Assembly (NCBI GenBank): GCA_041549915.1
Contig: JBFEPU010000001.1
Location: 1,138-65,137 of the forward strand
Origin: Anaerolineae bacterium
GTDB lineage: Bacteria > Chloroflexota > Anaerolineae > UBA2200
Reading direction: 5' to 3'
Length of the DNA: 64,000 bases
Of the stretch, positions 61,258-64,000 are shown piece by piece (position 1 is the stretch's first letter; each line of letters starts with the position of its first letter). Both the position numbers and the translations under genes were made by a program. The notes beneath the pieces are model-generated. The model did not search any database. It was not told where the DNA came from and was given only the letters and a program-made list of their open reading frames with translations.

Positions 61258-63099
61258 CTACTGGGGGCAGTGCGCAAGGTCAAATGCACCTCGCACGCCG
61301 CACTCCGTGCACCCCTCTGCACAGTTGATACTGGATTCTCCCCGCAGGGCCCGCTGGTACTCTTCCCACAGGAATGACTGATCAACTCCTGTGTCAATGT
61401 GCCCCCAAGGCAGCACCTCGGCACGGGAACGCTGCCGTGAGGTATAGAACTTGGGATCAAGATCCGCTTCGGCAAAGGCCTGCTCCCAGAGTTCAGGCTT
61501 GTACGCTTCTGTCCAGGCATCAAACCGCGCGCCCAACTGCCAGGCACGGAGGATAACCGGGCCGAGCCGGCGATCACCCCTGGACAGCGCTGCTTCCAGC
61601 CAGGTAGTCGCTTCGTCAGACCAACTCAAGCGGACACCACGGCCGGGCAGCGAACGGCGCAGAGCGTTCTGCCTCTCGGCAATCTGCGCCGCATCCTGCA
61701 AGGCGACCCACTGAAAGGGGGTATGAGCCTTGGGGATGAACGTGGCCACGCTCACGCTGACCTGAGCCCGCTTGCCACGCAGACGACGTCCGATCTTGCG
61801 TACCTCCCTCACCAAGTCCGCAATTGCCAGGACATCCTCCATCGTCTCGGTGGGCAGCCCGATCATGAAATAGAGCTTGATGCGCAACCACCCACTGGCA
61901 TAGGCAGCCTCGGCCGTCCGCAGCAGGTCATCTGCGGTCACTCCTTTGTTGATCACCCGGCGCAGCCGCTCACTGCCTGCCTCAGGCGCAAAGGTCAGGC
62001 CCGTCTTCCTGGTTCGTTGAATGATCTGAGCCAACTCAACGGAGAAGGCATCGGTGCGCATGGATGGCAGTGAGATGGACAGCCGGCGCTCCGCATAGCG
62101 CAGACTCAACTCTCGGACAAGAGTCTCGATGTTGGCATAGTCGGTGCTGCTTAGAGACACCAGGGCGATCTCCTCATAGCCCGTATGGGAGAGCAAGTTA
62201 TCGACAGCTGCTAGGACCTGATCCATCGGGCGTTCCCGCACCGGACGATAGATCATCCCAGCCTGACAGAAGCGGCAACCTCGCGTGCACCCCCGCATGA
62301 TCTCAATCATGCCCCGGTCGTGAATCACCCTCAGAAAGGGCACCACTGGTTTCACCGGAGGAGGTGGCAATTCGCGCAGTATGCGTTTGCGGATCCGCGC
62401 TGGCGTGCCGGGGTCGAGTGAAAGTATGGCTGAAGTCGTGCCGTCCTCGTTATACTCCGCCCGGTACAGGCTGGGGGCATACACCCCTTCAAGAGCGGCC
62501 GCTTGGTGCAGGAATCGCTCCTTGCCGACCACGCCGGAGCGGATGCGCTCCTTCCAGTCAGCGTACAGGGCGACCAACTCCAGGAGGACTTTTTCACCTT
62601 CCCCGATGACAAACAGGTCGAAGAAGTCTGCCAGTGGCTCAGCGTTGTAGGTGCACGTACCTCCGCCGATAATGAGAGGCCAGCCCCCATCTCGTTCAGA
62701 GGCCAACAGCGGAACTCCGGCCAGGTCGAGCATGTTCAGCAGGTTGGAGTAGTTCAGCTCGTACTGCAGACTGAAACCTACGATGTCAAACTCCCGCAAG
62801 CTGTGACGGGACTCGAGGGAAAAGAGAGAAAGCCCAGCTTGGCGCATGGCGCGCTCCATGTCCAGCCACGGTGCATACACGCGCTCGGCCAACACATCTG
62901 GTTGCTGGTTCAGGAGATCATAGAGGATAGCCAGCCCGAGGTTGGACATCCCCACTTCGTACACGTCAGGATAGGCCAGCGCGACCTTGACCCCTGTCTG
63001 TGACCAGTCCTTGCGAATGTGGTTCCACTCGTGCCCGGCATAGCGAGTTGGTTTTGTCACTGTGGGCAGGATGCGATCCAGAACTACCTGGGAGATCAT
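61258..63099 (-). CDS. TIGR03960-family B12-binding-domain radical SAM protein
   Basis: 613 aa. N-terminal B12-binding-like domain (KVALAYPDVYEVGMSNLGLAILY), then a radical SAM core (CTRGCRFCQAG). Confidence 0.8.
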   Translation of the reverse strand: MISQVVLDRILPTVTKPTRYAGHEWNHIRKDWSQTGVKVALAYPDVYEVGMSNLGLAILYDLLNQQPDVLAERVYAPWLDMERAMRQAGLSLFSLESRHSLREFDIVGFSLQYELNYSNLLNMLDLAGVPLLASERDGGWPLIIGGGTCTYNAEPLADFFDLFVIGEGEKVLLELVALYADWKERIRSGVVGKERFLHQAAALEGVYAPSLYRAEYNEDGTTSAILSLDPGTPARIRKRILRELPPPPVKPVVPFLRVIHDRGMIEIMRGCTRGCRFCQAGMIYRPVRERPMDQVLAAVDNLLSHTGYEEIALVSLSSTDYANIETLVRELSLRYAERRLSISLPSMRTDAFSVELAQIIQRTRKTGLTFAPEAGSERLRRVINKGVTADDLLRTAEAAYASGWLRIKLYFMIGLPTETMEDVLAIADLVREVRKIGRRLRGKRAQVSVSVATFIPKAHTPFQWVALQDAAQIAERQNALRRSLPGRGVRLSWSDEATTWLEAALSRGDRRLGPVILRAWQLGARFDAWTEAYKPELWEQAFAEADLDPKFYTSRQRSRAEVLPWGHIDTGVDQSFLWEEYQRALRGESSINCAEGCTECGVRGAFDLAHCPQ

Positions 63100-63506
63100 G
63101 CTGACTCGACATCGGGAACGACACGCACGAGAACTCGGCGGCGGCGTGGGCCGTGAAACTCCGCCAGGAAGACGCCCTGCCAGGCACCAAGCAGCAGACT
63201 CCCTGCCTCCACCAGCAGCGTCTCCGATACTCCGACCAAACAGGACTTGATGTGGGCTGCTGCGTTGCCCTCGACATGCTTGTAGTCCGCTCTCCAGGGT
63301 ACCAGACGCTCCAGGGTCGTCAAGGTGTCCGCCTTCACGGAGGGATCCCAGTTCTCGTTCACAGTCAGGCCAGCCGTAGCGTGAGGCACGAAAATCACAC
63401 AGACACCGTTCCGCACACCACTCTCTCGCACACAGTCCCGCACCTGCGCGGTGATGTCAACAAAGTCATCCTTCTGTTGGGTACTGACTTGGATTTCGAA
63501 CTTCAT
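63096..63506 (-). CDS. YjbQ/UPF0047-family protein (secondary thiamine-phosphate synthase-like)
   Basis: 136 aa. VCVIFVPHATAGLTVNENWDPSV and HIKSCLVG are YjbQ signatures. 4-nt overlap with the rSAM gene. Confidence 0.75.
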   Translation of the reverse strand: MKFEIQVSTQQKDDFVDITAQVRDCVRESGVRNGVCVIFVPHATAGLTVNENWDPSVKADTLTTLERLVPWRADYKHVEGNAAAHIKSCLVGVSETLLVEAGSLLLGAWQGVFLAEFHGPRRRRVLVRVVPDVESA

Positions 63507-63812
63507 TCGCCTGGCTCCTTCCCTGCTTCGCGCATCAATGGCGAGACTTTTCCGGGTGGATCACTCTGTGAAGGTCCCTGCTTGAGTCCAGCGACCTGCG
63601 CAGTACTCTGTAGGAGGTGGGGATACAGGGCAGTGACACAGCGCCCTTCGCACTATCGGTCCGGCGTGTGAGAGGATTACAATAACCCAGGATAGTATAG
63701 CACAGCGAAAGGGCTTGTGACAACCGAATGGGCCTGCAGGCCGCGGCAGAGAGACCCAAAGTCGCACGGACGAGCGCAGTCTGCTGCGTCCGTCCATCCC
63801 GCTCGACCGAGT

Positions 63813-64000
63813 CTATCCACTGTCCGATAGCTGGCGCAACGGTGCAAACGACATGCGATGAGCTGGACATGGGCCCAGCCGCTCGAGAGCAGCACGATGG
63901 GCAGATGTGCCATAGCCCTTGTGGGCAGCGAAACCGTAGTCAGGGTGGGAGGCTTCGAGAGCGACCATCAATCGATCGCGGACTACCTTGGCCACAATGG
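63813..64000 (-). CDS. rnhB: Ribonuclease HII, C-terminal part; the gene continues past the window end
   Basis: ...[36 protein letters not shown] is the RNase HII C-terminal motif. The reading frame is open to position 64000. Confidence 0.7.
   Translation of the reverse strand, partial: IVAKVVRDRLMVALEASHPDYGFAAHKGYGTSAHRAALERLGPCPAHRMSFAPLRQLSDSG

Noticed and set aside
63535-63870. 111-aa minus-strand ORF between yjbQ and rnhB
   Set aside because: Low-complexity translation that overlaps the C-terminus of rnhB in another frame. It is more likely a non-coding spacer.
1-64000. Search for CRISPR arrays, IS elements, integrases and phage genes
   Set aside because: I found no repeat-spacer periodicity, no transposase/integrase-like ORFs, and no inverted-repeat-flanked blocks. 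The window looks like core chromosome, apart from the single lower-GC gene at 29570-30298.

Overview
This looks like a high-GC (about 62-65%) bacterial chromosomal segment, gene-dense and mostly housekeeping, with no IS elements, transposases, integrases, CRISPR arrays or large repeats that I can see. Promoters are TATAAT-type, and at least one mRNA appears leaderless. All protein calls are from reading the supplied translations against remembered family signatures; no searches were run.

Gene content in order:
- **Window start:** a partial permease N-terminus (minus strand, runs off the edge), then a tRNA-Arg(TCG).
- **Cell-envelope run on the minus strand:** ogt, two GT4 glycosyltransferases, a GT9 heptosyltransferase-like enzyme, a class B PBP with an NTF2-like N-terminal domain, and a MEMO1-family protein.
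- **Divergent from ogt:** a standalone PP2C/SpoIIE-like phosphatase followed by a 125-aa P-loop protein.
- **secD-secF**, a Zn-dependent alcohol dehydrogenase, a large lipoprotein with YVTN beta-propeller repeats, and a SLOG/LOG-like protein.
- **A giant 2859-aa cyclic beta-1,2-glucan synthase homologue** (GT84 + GH94 architecture, NdvB/ChvB/Cgs-like) whose start codon directly abuts the stop of a tandem-domain universal stress protein.
- **A variant macromolecular-synthesis arrangement:** PadR, a lower-GC unknown protein, rpsU, rpmI, then the principal sigma factor, with no dnaG, infC or rplT.
- **rpsO-pnp** with an intergenic hairpin, lepB, and an MBL-fold hydrolase.
- **A ptb-porG-(GltD-like NAD(P)H oxidoreductase fused to the PorD ferredoxin)-porA-porB operon**, a 2-oxoacid:ferredoxin oxidoreductase with a predicted built-in pyridine-nucleotide module.
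- **secA**, then one long minus-strand operon: TPR membrane protein, transcarboxylase-like 12S/5S/1.3S subunits, corrinoid adenosyltransferase, split methylmalonyl-CoA mutase, MeaB, CobC-like histidine phosphatase, GNAT, prs.
- **Window end:** acyl-CoA dehydrogenase, thiolase, MFS transporter, HIT-family protein, the DUF2344 + TIGR03960 radical-SAM pair, YjbQ, and the start of rnhB.

The most interesting candidates are the Usp/Cgs-like/SLOG/YVTN neighbourhood, the modified POR operon, the lower-GC orphan gene behind PadR, and several unusually long non-coding gaps. Where the ORF track began with N-terminal junk or alternative GTG/TTG starts, I chose the internal start supported by an SD or conserved N-terminus.
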